Program-made: the position numbers and the translations under genes
The notes under the pieces: model-generated
The model's database searches: none
What the model saw: the letters and a program-made list of their open reading frames with translations, nothing else
What the model was told of the DNA's origin: nothing
Source: Escherichia coli
GTDB taxonomy: Bacteria; Pseudomonadota; Gammaproteobacteria; Enterobacterales; Enterobacteriaceae
Strand: one strand, 5' to 3'
NCBI RefSeq assembly: GCF_048403405.1
Contig: NZ_CP183129.1
DNA length: 64,000 bases
Shown: positions 1 through 8,912 of the stretch, one piece after another
Layout of the letters: every line of letters begins with the position of its first letter
How positions within the stretch are numbered: position 1 is the stretch's first letter

Positions 1-1
1 T

Positions 2-784
2 TTTGCTTGAGTTGGCTAGTTTTCGGATGAAATCAATGTCATTACCTTTATAAAAAACAGCCTTTGTATCTGTAGATACTAGCCAGTTTCGCTCAACTGC
101 TTTCTGTTTATCAAGGCGATAAAGCATGCTGGTTTGTTCAAGGCCTAAATATACATCCCAACTAAGAAATACTTCGGTTTTCTTTTCTCGGCAAGCTATA
201 AAAAGAGTAGGAGTAACCGCTTCTCCAAATGGAGTTCTGATATAATCATCACTTTCTAACGATAAAATTACATTTTTCGAATCATCAATTGGCGATGTAG
301 TAATGGATGTGTGCCATTTTCCTACATCTGTGGCTTTCTCTAATTTTGATTCAGCTTGAGCGATTTTATCCTGTGGGAATAGTTTATCGTAGCAGTTTAG
401 TCTGGCTTCTTTATCATTTTCTGCACGACATTTAGATATCTCAGAAAGATTTGGTTGCTGAGCCTCTGTTGTTACTGGCTTTTCCGTTTTAGATTTTGAG
501 TTTACAGATGGAGTAAATGTTGGAGAAAAGAAACGATCATAACAAGATAAACGTCTATCATCATCTTTCTCATCAGGGCATTGATCTCTGCTTTCGAATT
601 TTTCAGCAACTTTCGTTCGAGTCGGTTGTATTGACTTATCGTAACAAGAAAGTCTGTCTTTATTATTTTCTATTGCTCGGCACTGGAGTACTGCATTGAA
701 GTTCTTATGTTCAGTTGCTGCTTGAACAGGCAGTACACTAATTGATATAAATGATGCACCTATAGAAAAAATTATATTTTTCAT
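2..784 (-). CDS. Secreted protein with three C-x(8-10)-RL-x-CYD repeats; start at 784, C-terminus runs off the window start (partial)
   Basis: Manual minus-strand translation from ATG at 784-782 is open to position 2 (about 261 codons); N-terminal signal-peptide-like MKNIIFSIGASFISISVLPVQA; repeats QCRAIENNKDRLSCYDK / QCPDEKDDDRRLSCYDRF / KCRAENDKEARLNCYDKLF; AT-rich. Absent from ORF track because no stop lies in the window. Confidence 0.6.
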   Translation of the reverse strand, partial: MKNIIFSIGASFISISVLPVQAATEHKNFNAVLQCRAIENNKDRLSCYDKSIQPTRTKVAEKFESRDQCPDEKDDDRRLSCYDRFFSPTFTPSVNSKSKTEKPVTTEAQQPNLSEISKCRAENDKEARLNCYDKLFPQDKIAQAESKLEKATDVGKWHTSITTSPIDDSKNVILSLESDDYIRTPFGEAVTPTLFIACREKKTEVFLSWDVYLGLEQTSMLYRLDKQKAVERNWLVSTDTKAVFYKGNDIDFIRKLANSSK

Positions 785-788
785 TTTA

Positions 789-1121
789 TTATCCCTTTGG
801 TTTAGTAAGAAATACTAAAATTCCGATAATGATATCGCCAATAACCCATAAGCTTCCAATGGTAATTAAACCTAAGCCTGTACCAATAACTGCACCGGCT
901 TTTTCGGCATCGGATGTGGCATTATTTATTATTTCACTAGTGCCTCCTAGTCCAACTAAAAGCGTATAGATCATAAAAATATTAAATAATATAAAAACCC
1001 ACTTAATGATCCGTCCAAAAAATGAACGCTTAAGTTTTTGCAGTTGTTTACCACAAGCAGGGCAATACAATGCTGAATCGCTCACCTCTTTCTGGCATTC
1101 AGGACATTTGATTAATGCCAT
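789..1121 (-). CDS. Small zinc-ribbon (CPxC...CPxC) membrane protein, hypothetical
   Basis: ORF track 110 aa; N-terminal CPECQ...CPACG zinc-ribbon motif followed by two hydrophobic helices; AT-rich; stop 4 nt before the start of the 2..784 gene. Confidence 0.6.
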   Translation of the reverse strand: MALIKCPECQKEVSDSALYCPACGKQLQKLKRSFFGRIIKWVFILFNIFMIYTLLVGLGGTSEIINNATSDAEKAGAVIGTGLGLITIGSLWVIGDIIIGILVFLTKPKG

Positions 1122-1383
1122 GTAATCCGCCTCCTTTGGATTAATACGAGTTGATATTTGTTACAAAACATTTTGATTTTATCAGATTTATTTTTATTGA
1201 TAAGTGTCAATTGATTAGCTGGTATAGAGTGAGGCATATAGAAGGGCTGGTCTGTATCAGTATGTGATGCAAAAATCCCACAGTTTCATGGAATTTTTGC
1301 ATTTAGAGCTGTGAGATAGGGTGCCTTATCGACCTTACCCTGGCAACCGATTGACGGGGGATTACTCCCCCGTCGCGGTTTCC

Positions 1384-1524
1384 TTACTGCTTACACTGTA
1401 AGAACGCCGCAAACTCCGCTCCCCAGAAGCTCATCCGTATTTCACACAGCGAACCGTGCAGCATCCAGATGATGAGGATTACCGTCACGCAGAACGTGAT
1501 GGCCGTAAGCGATTTTTGCGACAT
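1384..1524 (-). CDS. Hok/Gef-family type I toxin (small membrane peptide)
   Basis: Manual translation MSQKSLTAITFCVTVILIIWMLHGSLCEIRMSFWGAEFAAFLQCKQ (46 aa); AAGGAG Shine-Dalgarno upstream; SLCE(I/L) and E-x-AAFLxCK motifs resemble HokA-like proteins (from memory); strong hairpin GACGGGGG-AGTAAT-CCCCCGTC downstream. Below ORF-track size cutoff. Confidence 0.55.
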   Translation of the reverse strand: MSQKSLTAITFCVTVILIIWMLHGSLCEIRMSFWGAEFAAFLQCKQ

Positions 1525-1714
1525 AGCGCTTGCTCCTTTTTCGGGGAGGCGCTAACCTATCACTTGCTTAGGGTAGACGGTTAGGGCCTCGGTTAAACAA
1601 AAGTGTTTTCCGGGGCCTTTCCACATCCGGCCATCGGGTATTCCCTCCGACCATCAGCCGAAAGGCACCCGCGCGTAATCTATCGCTTTTTTGTTACTCC
1701 GGCAATTCTGCCTG

Positions 1715-1975
1715 TTAATTCTGAGGTAAAGGCAAACTCATCTGATTGTTTCCCCTGTGTGAAGCTGGCAGCTCATGCCACGGGATACCTTCTGAAGAGT
1801 GAACGCCGGAGGCGTGTTTTGATGTGAATTTATGGAAGGCTTCCAGTGTTGAGAAGCATACGCCGCATTCCAGATTGTTACACTGGTAATACTTTTGCCG
1901 CACGGTGTTTGAATCATTTTCCGGACGACTGGTGCGGATACGGGCAGATGCGCCACAAAGCGGACAACGGAACAT
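1715..1975 (-). CDS. ogr: Late gene transcriptional activator Ogr (zinc-finger)
   Basis: Starts MFRCPLCGASARIRTSR...YYQCNNLECG, matching the P2 Ogr/phage 186 B pattern; lies immediately downstream of D. Confidence 0.85.
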   Translation of the reverse strand: MFRCPLCGASARIRTSRPENDSNTVRQKYYQCNNLECGVCFSTLEAFHKFTSKHASGVHSSEGIPWHELPASHRGNNQMSLPLPQN

Positions 1976-2017
1976 AGCGACCTCCCTTAACGTGGTGCTG
2001 CCGCTATTCTAAGTTGC

Positions 2018-3127
2018 TCACTCTGTTTCCGCTATCCATTCCGGGATTTTTGCCTCAAGCTCAAGCTGCGTGGTAAAGCCGCTGTTATCAATAGTGTGCT
2101 CGGCTTTTGCAATGATCCAGTCCTGATTATCAATCTCGCTTTTAAATCCTGTTACCGTACCATGCATTTCGGGGTAGAGTTCTGCACGTCCACGCGCCAG
2201 CGTGATGGAGAATGATGCGGCTCCGCGTTGTAGTTGCTGCCACTTTGCCGCCGCTGCGCGTCTTGCTGCCTGTTCGTTCTGATAGGTCTTGCGTAACACA
2301 AACACATTGCCTTCCGCGCCTTCCATATAATCACCTTCACGGCTGCTGCTTTTCTCCTTTTGGGGTTTTGGTGGTTTGCGGCGTTTCACGCTGACTTTTT
2401 TCTTTTCCCCGTAATTAAGATCAAGCCAGTAGGCGCGTACCCCCGTATACGCCTCGCGGTCAGCAATACGGAACTGATGGCGATCGCCGCTGCTGCGTGT
2501 AATGGCGAACGAGGGCAACGGCTGGCCCTGTGCGTTCACGCCACCACCTGGCATGATGAATAACAGATTGCCGCTTTTTACCGTGGTGATTGCGCCCAGC
2601 ATTTCCGCCATGCGCGTAAGGAAGGACATGTCGCTTTCTTCGGTCTGGTCGGCGTGGTCGATTTCGATATCCATCAGCATTTCGCTGATTTGTGGTTTCA
2701 GACCATACCGATGAGCGATGGCGGATACCACACGCTCAACGGTCACATCATGCCAGGACACCTCACGTTTAACGTTAAATTCATCCCGAAAATCTGCGCT
2801 TCTGGCTGAAACAGTCAGCCTGTCCGGCGGTCCTTCGTGAGCGATTTCATCAACAATGTAAGTGCCTTTTTCTGTCAGCGGTTCTCCTTTCCAGCCAATG
2901 AGAACCGTCAGGCGCGCGCCCCGTGGCGGTAGCTGCAACTGACCATCCGCATCATCCAGCGTGATGGTGAGCTGGTCCGCCTCAAATCCCCGGTTGTCGG
3001 TCAGTGACAGGCTCATCAGGCGCTCTGCCACGCCTGACAGCGTTTTACCCTCCGCGAGAATATCAAAATCCGGCATTTTCACGGGGTCTGTGCCCTGACT
3101 GAGCAATTGCATGGTGGTGTCGGTCAT
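2018..3127 (-). CDS. D: Tail protein D (late control gene D)
   Basis: ORF track frame 2018..3259; start trimmed to ATG at 3127 (MTDTTMQLLSQGTDPVKMPDFDILAEG...) preceded by a GGGAGGGAA ribosome-binding site; P2 gpD-like length and sequence. Confidence 0.85.
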   Translation of the reverse strand: MTDTTMQLLSQGTDPVKMPDFDILAEGKTLSGVAERLMSLSLTDNRGFEADQLTITLDDADGQLQLPPRGARLTVLIGWKGEPLTEKGTYIVDEIAHEGPPDRLTVSARSADFRDEFNVKREVSWHDVTVERVVSAIAHRYGLKPQISEMLMDIEIDHADQTEESDMSFLTRMAEMLGAITTVKSGNLLFIMPGGGVNAQGQPLPSFAITRSSGDRHQFRIADREAYTGVRAYWLDLNYGEKKKVSVKRRKPPKPQKEKSSSREGDYMEGAEGNVFVLRKTYQNEQAARRAAAAKWQQLQRGAASFSITLARGRAELYPEMHGTVTGFKSEIDNQDWIIAKAEHTIDNSGFTTQLELEAKIPEWIAETE

Positions 3128-3284
3128 CTGTTCCCTCCCTGTGCGGCATGGTCGCATGTGCGTGCGGAGGGGGTTACTGCTTTTTGTTGTCGCCGGGTCG
3201 GGAGAACGGCGCAGGGGTGAGATTACGCGCGTGGTGGGTGATGATTGTTGCCGAATCATTTAACGGATACAAGGGGCTGAAGCT

Positions 3285-4469
3285 ATGAGTGAAACTCGTT
3301 TTCATGGTGCCCGTGTTACGGAAAATACCGACCTGGTAACAGCGATTAACGATGTTGATTCCAGCGTTATCGGTATCGTGGCAACGGCGGATGATGCGGA
3401 CGCGAAGCTGTTCCCGCTGAATAAGCCCACACTGCTGACCCGCGTCAATGACGTGCTGGGAAAATGCGGGACAACGGGGACGCTTTATCGTGCGCTTAAG
3501 GCCATCGCAGACCAGGTGAGCACAAAGGTGATCGTCGTTCGCGTGGCTGAACACAAAGAAGAAGACGGAAAGACGCAGGATCAACTGGTTATCGGTGGTT
3601 CTGAGGATGACGGCAGCTATACGGGGATGTATGCGCTGCTTGTTGCAGAGCAGGATGAAAGCATCGGATACCGTCCGCGTATTCTGGCCGCGCCGGAGCT
3701 GGACACGGAGGCTGTAACAAAATCCCTGTGCGTGATTGCAGGTAAACTGCGCGCGTTTGTGTATGCCTCATGTCACGGCTGTAACACGATGGCTGAGGCG
3801 ATTACCTACCGCCAGAAATTCAACGAACGTGAGGTGATGCTCTTATGGCCGGACTTCATCGCCTACAACCCGAAAAGTGGCAAAAACGAAACGTTCCCCG
3901 CGCCTGCCTATGCGTGCGGCCTTCGTGCGTACATTGACCATGAGCAGGGCTGGCACAAATCGCTGTCCAACGTTCCGGTTAAAAATGTGCTGGGAATGTC
4001 CAGGCATGTGTTCTGGTCGTTGCAGGCCGAAGACAGCGATGCCAACAGCCTCAACAACAAAGAAATCACGACCATTATTCGTCGCAACGGGTTCCGCTTC
4101 TGGGGCAACCGCACACCGGAAACGAACGCCTACATCTTTGAGGTGTATACCCGAACCGCACAGGTGCTGGCTGATTCAATTGCGGAAGCGCAGTTTGAAA
4201 CCATCGACAGTCCACTGACACCTGCGAACGTGAAGGATGTTATCAGCGCCATCAGGGCAAAACTGGATTCGCTGGTTACTGCCGGGAAACTGATTGGTGT
4301 GGAGTGCTGGTATGACGTGGTGGATAACGGCACCACGAATTTACGTCAGGGACGTGTGCGTATTCGCTACAAATATACGCCTGTTCCCCCGCTGGAAGAC
4401 ATGGAGCTTTACCAGACGTTTACTGATGAATTCTTTGGTCCCGCATTTGCGGTGCTGGGAGGTGCCTGA
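3285..4469 (+). CDS. FI: Tail sheath protein FI
   Basis: 394 aa; GIVATADDADAKLFPLNKP...DGFRFWGNRT...YTPVPPLE motifs as in P2 gpFI. Confidence 0.9.
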   Translation: MSETRFHGARVTENTDLVTAINDVDSSVIGIVATADDADAKLFPLNKPTLLTRVNDVLGKCGTTGTLYRALKAIADQVSTKVIVVRVAEHKEEDGKTQDQLVIGGSEDDGSYTGMYALLVAEQDESIGYRPRILAAPELDTEAVTKSLCVIAGKLRAFVYASCHGCNTMAEAITYRQKFNEREVMLLWPDFIAYNPKSGKNETFPAPAYACGLRAYIDHEQGWHKSLSNVPVKNVLGMSRHVFWSLQAEDSDANSLNNKEITTIIRRNGFRFWGNRTPETNAYIFEVYTRTAQVLADSIAEAQFETIDSPLTPANVKDVISAIRAKLDSLVTAGKLIGVECWYDVVDNGTTNLRQGRVRIRYKYTPVPPLEDMELYQTFTDEFFGPAFAVLGGA

Positions 4470-4981
4470 TGGCTGTACCAAAACATCTTCGCTTTTTTAC
4501 GTTGTTTGTGGATGGTGAAAACGAAGTGGGTAAAGTGACATCCGTCACGCCGCCCAAACTGACGCGCAAAACCGACAGCTATCGTGGTGGTGGCATGATG
4601 GGGGCGGTAAGTATTGATCTCGGTCTGGACGACTCCGCGCTTGATGCGAGTTTTGTCATGGGGGGAGCTGTTCGTGCGCTGTTCCTTAAATATGGCGGCA
4701 CGATTGACGGCACGCTGCTGCGTTTTGCGGGTGAATACTACACCGATGCAGAAAGCGATCTGTATGAAATCGAGATGCGCGGGCGTGTGACGGAAATTGA
4801 TATGGGGGAAGCCAAACAGGGCGAAGCCACATCACACACTTACGCTGTCAAAAACACCTACTACAAGCTGAGCGTTAACGATCGCCCGCTGTGGGAAATC
4901 GACCTGTTGAACCACATCTACCGGAAGGACGGCAAGGACATTGTGCCTGACCGTATCCGTTCCGCGCTTGGGCTTGGCTGA
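4469..4981 (+). CDS. FII: Tail tube protein FII
   Basis: 170 aa, directly follows FI; P2 gpFII-like. Confidence 0.9.
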   Translation: MAVPKHLRFFTLFVDGENEVGKVTSVTPPKLTRKTDSYRGGGMMGAVSIDLGLDDSALDASFVMGGAVRALFLKYGGTIDGTLLRFAGEYYTDAESDLYEIEMRGRVTEIDMGEAKQGEATSHTYAVKNTYYKLSVNDRPLWEIDLLNHIYRKDGKDIVPDRIRSALGLG

Positions 4982-5036
4982 TAAGTAATATGCAGGCGGC
5001 GCAGTGCGTCGCCTCTGACTGAAAAGGAGACAACTG

Positions 5037-5411
5037 ATGAAAGACATCGATACTGAAACCCGGAATAACACCGTGGCGGATGATGTGACGGCAGGTGAGG
5101 ATATGGCTGTCGAACGTGGCGTAAAACTGACCCGACCAATTGAGCGTGGTGGCGAAAAAATCACGTATGTGGAGATCACCGGGGCTATTGAGCAGGCTGG
5201 ATCCCTGCGTGGTCTGTCGCTGTCTGATGTGCTGAATCTGAAAGCGGATACCATGTTTACGCTGTTGCCTCGCGTGACCTCGCCACGACTGGATGAAGTG
5301 ATGATTAAAAAAATGTCGTCACGCGATTTTATTCAGTTGTGCGCTGTGGCTGTAAATTTTATGAGCGAGCCAGACTCTGGCGCGAAGAGCGTGCAGGAGA
5401 CGGCAGCGTAA
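5037..5411 (+). CDS. E: Tail assembly chaperone E (zero-frame product)
   Basis: ORF between tube and tape-measure genes, the position of P2 gene E. Confidence 0.75.
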   Translation: MKDIDTETRNNTVADDVTAGEDMAVERGVKLTRPIERGGEKITYVEITGAIEQAGSLRGLSLSDVLNLKADTMFTLLPRVTSPRLDEVMIKKMSSRDFIQLCAVAVNFMSEPDSGAKSVQETAA

Positions 5412-5575
5412 TCACCCTGGTGTGCTTTGAGCACATCGAAGATCTGGTGGCGGATATTGCCGCCATTTTTAACTGGTCGCCCGCCGAAATCTTCATGATG
5501 ACGCCCGGCGAAGTGGTTAGCTGGCGCGAGCGGGCGGCACTTCGCAGCGGGAATGCAGATAATGAAGACTCTTGA
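5037..5575 (+). CDS. E+E' fusion by programmed -1 ribosomal frameshift
   Basis: The -1 frame is open from 5309 to 5575 and overlaps the E frame; an A7 run (5307-5313) in ATT-AAA-AAA-ATG is a plausible slippery site; 3' end overlaps the T start, as in P2 E/E' and lambda G/GT. Confidence 0.55.
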
Positions 5576-8369
5576 TATCCGGGTCGCTTTCAGCGCCGTT
5601 GACAGGCTGACCCGGCCTGCCGAAAACGCCCGCCGCCTGATGGGGCAGTTTGGTGACTCCATCCAGCGAACGCAGGGGGCGATCAAAAATCTCGAGCGTC
5701 AGGCGCGTTCATTTGAGCGCGCCCGTGACGCTGTCAGTAAAGCGGATGCTGGCATCGTGAAAGCACGACGCCAGCTTAACGCCCTTAATCAGTTACAACG
5801 CACGGGTACAGTGCTCAGCGAAAAACAACAAAAGCTGATGCAGCAGTTAAGCACCCGGCTTGAACGCCTGAATGAATCGCGCACACGGGAAATTCAGAAA
5901 ATGCGGGAGCTTGGCGGAGAGCTGAAACGCCACGGCATTTCCCTGACAGGCAGCGATAACACCATCCAGCAGGCCATCAGACGCACCGAACAGTACAACA
6001 ACCAGCTTGAACGCGAACGGCAGGCGCTTGCGCGTGTAACGCGGGCGCGTGAGCGGTATTCGCGCGCGCAGGAAACAGCGGGAAAACTGAAAACAGGTGG
6101 TGCGCTGGCAATTGGTGCGGCAGCGGCGGGCGGCTATGCTGCCGGGCGTTTTTTGCAGCCTGCGATCGGGTTCGGCAAAGAGATGTCCCGCGTTCAGGCA
6201 CTGACGCGAATCGACCAGAACAGCCCGCAGTTTAAGGCGCTGCGTGAGCAGGCGTTAAAACTTGGCTCTGAAACGCAGTTCACCGCAGGCGATGCCGCCA
6301 GTGGACAGGCATTTCTTGCAATGGCTGGCTTCACTCCGCAGGCCATTCAGGCTGCGCTTCCCGGCGTGCTGAGCATGGCAACGGCTGGCGGTATGGATCT
6401 CGGCGAGACGGCAGATATTGGCTCAAATATCCTGACGCAGTTCGGCCTTTCTGCTGACCAGATGGACCGGGTCGGTGACACACTCACCGCAGCGTTTACC
6501 CGTACCAACACTGACCTTCGCGCACTGGGCGAAACCATGAAATATGCAGGTCCGGTGGCGGGTAAGCTGGGAATATCGCTGGAGCAGGCCGCAGCGATGG
6601 CTGGCGTGCTGGCGAATATGGGCATCAGAGGGAGTGATGCCGGGACGGCAATGCGTGCCAGCCTGGCTCGTCTGGCATCACCGCCAAAGGCGGCGGCAGA
6701 AGCTCTGAAAGAGCTGGGCGTGTCCGTCTCGGATGCCGGGGGCAAAATGCGCCCGATGGAGGATGTGCTGGCCGACCTTTATAAAGCCACCCGTAAATAC
6801 GGGGAAGTTGACCGGGTATCGTTCTTTAAGGACATTGCCGGAGAAGAGGCTTTCACATCGTTTATGGCGCTCGTTGATGCAGCGGGTGACGGTTCCTTAC
6901 CCAAACTGAGAAAAGAACTTGAAGGCGCGCGCGGTGAGGCTGAACGCACAGCAAAGGTTATGGCCAACAACCTTGACGGCGATCTGAAATCACTCGGCAG
7001 TGCATGGGAAGGGTTGCGCATCCGCATTGCAGATCTGATTGACGGTCCGCTGCGTTCTGTCACGCAGTGGCTCACGCGGGTGGTCTCAAAAGTGACGGCA
7101 CTGGCGCAGGCCCATCCGGCACTGACGCGCCAGTTACTGATAGCGGGAGGTGCACTGCTGGCGACAACAGCAACGGTTGGTTCGTTGTCTCTGGTTATTG
7201 GGGTGCTTCACGGGAAGCTGGCTACGTTACGTCTCGGTTTTTCTCTCCTGACCGGATCAATGAATGCTGTCAGGGGCCTGCCAGCACTATGGGGAATGGT
7301 GACGGGTTCCGTTTCTTTACTGGGAGGCGCTATCGGGGCGCTGATCAGTCCGGTTGGTCTTATCGTGGCTGCGCTTGCCGGAGCTGCCGTTCTTATCTGG
7401 AAATACTGGGATCCCATCAGGGCATTTTTTGCCGGGGTGTTCAGCGGGATTATGGAAAGGCTGACCCCGTTGCGCGAAACCTTTGAACGGTTTGGTCCTG
7501 TTTTTGACGCAATCGGAAGCGGGATCAGCCAGGTGTTTAACTGGTTTAAATCGCTGCTGTCACCGATGGAGTCCAGCAAGGAAACGCTGGATAAATGTAC
7601 CAGTGCTGGCGAGATATTCGGTAACGTTCTTGGCGGTGCGTTACAGCTTGTTCTGACACCTGCAAAAATGCTACTGGATACGCTGGCGTGGATACTTGAA
7701 AAACTTGGCGTCCTTCCGGATGAAGCGGAAAAGGCGCGCAAGAAAATCGAAGACGCACAGCGTGCGGCCATTCTTCAGGACAAGGTTGCCTTGCTTCAGG
7801 GGGACCTTGCGAAAATCAATCCGCCGAAGCCTGTGGAAAATGGCAATGGCACCGGAGGTGATAAACCCAAAGACAACAAACCGCTCACAGACAGCAATAC
7901 CGGGACGCTACGCAGACTCAGCAAAATTGCTGATAACACAGGTAAGCTGGTTGATGAGACGAAAAAACGCATTGGCCCTGGCGATATTGTCTTTAAGAAC
8001 CTGCCCCGCGCACTTGCTGTTCGTGGGGAGTGGCAGGAGCGGAAGATTGCGCAGGTCAGTAAGCCTGCCCCCGCAATTAATATCACACCCGTAGTCCCGG
8101 CTCCGCTGCCTCCGGCGCTGGTCCCTGTTGTTGCGGCCAGCTCCCGCCCGGTGGCGGAGGCCATACGATCGCCAGTGGCATCAGTTCCTGCAGCTTCCCG
8201 TAATCGGGAGCCTGCTGTCTCCAGATTTGGCGGTGAAATTCATGTTCATCTGCATAACGTTGTTACGCAGAATCCCCGCGAACTGGCGAAACTGGTCGGT
8301 GAAATGGTCAGGGCAGAGATGGAACGGCGCGCCCGTGCCGGACGTGGCAGTTTTTACGATAAAGATTGA
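5553..8369 (+). CDS. T: Tail tape measure protein T
   Basis: 938 aa; coiled-coil-rich N-terminal part, Gly/Ala-rich hydrophobic middle; position after E/E'. Alternative start ATG at 5562. Confidence 0.85.
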   Translation: MQIMKTLDIRVAFSAVDRLTRPAENARRLMGQFGDSIQRTQGAIKNLERQARSFERARDAVSKADAGIVKARRQLNALNQLQRTGTVLSEKQQKLMQQLSTRLERLNESRTREIQKMRELGGELKRHGISLTGSDNTIQQAIRRTEQYNNQLERERQALARVTRARERYSRAQETAGKLKTGGALAIGAAAAGGYAAGRFLQPAIGFGKEMSRVQALTRIDQNSPQFKALREQALKLGSETQFTAGDAASGQAFLAMAGFTPQAIQAALPGVLSMATAGGMDLGETADIGSNILTQFGLSADQMDRVGDTLTAAFTRTNTDLRALGETMKYAGPVAGKLGISLEQAAAMAGVLANMGIRGSDAGTAMRASLARLASPPKAAAEALKELGVSVSDAGGKMRPMEDVLADLYKATRKYGEVDRVSFFKDIAGEEAFTSFMALVDAAGDGSLPKLRKELEGARGEAERTAKVMANNLDGDLKSLGSAWEGLRIRIADLIDGPLRSVTQWLTRVVSKVTALAQAHPALTRQLLIAGGALLATTATVGSLSLVIGVLHGKLATLRLGFSLLTGSMNAVRGLPALWGMVTGSVSLLGGAIGALISPVGLIVAALAGAAVLIWKYWDPIRAFFAGVFSGIMERLTPLRETFERFGPVFDAIGSGISQVFNWFKSLLSPMESSKETLDKCTSAGEIFGNVLGGALQLVLTPAKMLLDTLAWILEKLGVLPDEAEKARKKIEDAQRAAILQDKVALLQGDLAKINPPKPVENGNGTGGDKPKDNKPLTDSNTGTLRRLSKIADNTGKLVDETKKRIGPGDIVFKNLPRALAVRGEWQERKIAQVSKPAPAINITPVVPAPLPPALVPVVAASSRPVAEAIRSPVASVPAASRNREPAVSRFGGEIHVHLHNVVTQNPRELAKLVGEMVRAEMERRARAGRGSFYDKD

Positions 8370-8375
8370 GGAGTC

Positions 8376-8870
8376 ATGGTCATGATGATGATCTACGGCA
8401 TGTTTGTTTTTGAGCTGCGCACACTGCCGCATCAGCAGTTACAGCAAAACAAAAGCTGGCGGCATGTGAAAAATGAACGCGTTAACCGTTCAGCAAGCTG
8501 GCAGTATATAGGTGCAGGTGATGATCGCATTGTGCTTTCCGGCGTGCTTTATCCTGAAATTACAGGTGGCGAAGTGTCGCTTTCGTTGCTGACCACGCAG
8601 GCATATACAGGACGCCCCTGGCCTCTGATTGATGGTGTCGGGCAGATTTACGGCATGTATGTGCTGACTGAAACGAATACGACCCGTTCCGAGTTTGATC
8701 GCTACGGTAAGGCGAAAAAGATAGAATTTTCACTGACCCTTGAACGCTGTGATGAGGATTTGCGGGAGCGCCTGCAATCCTCATCATTCAGCGATATGCT
8801 GTCCGGCTTCAAAGATAAGGTGACATCATCTCTTAACAGCGCGGCCAGTTCAGTTAAAGGGCTGTTCTGA
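8376..8870 (+). CDS. U: Tail protein U
   Basis: 164 aa; MMMIYGMFVFELRT... resembles P2 gpU. Confidence 0.85.
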   Translation: MVMMMIYGMFVFELRTLPHQQLQQNKSWRHVKNERVNRSASWQYIGAGDDRIVLSGVLYPEITGGEVSLSLLTTQAYTGRPWPLIDGVGQIYGMYVLTETNTTRSEFDRYGKAKKIEFSLTLERCDEDLRERLQSSSFSDMLSGFKDKVTSSLNSAASSVKGLF

Positions 8871-8883
8871 TTTAACACAAAAA

Positions 8884-8912
8884 CCGCTAATGGTCAGATT
8901 AGCGGTTATTTT
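8884..8912. terminator. Bidirectional intrinsic terminator between convergent U and invertase genes
   Basis: Hairpin CCGCTAA-tggtcaga-TTAGCGG flanked by T-rich tracts on both strands. Confidence 0.5.

Noticed and set aside
1603-1827. 74-aa plus-strand ORF
   Set aside because: Antisense to ogr and the hok leader; no coding features.
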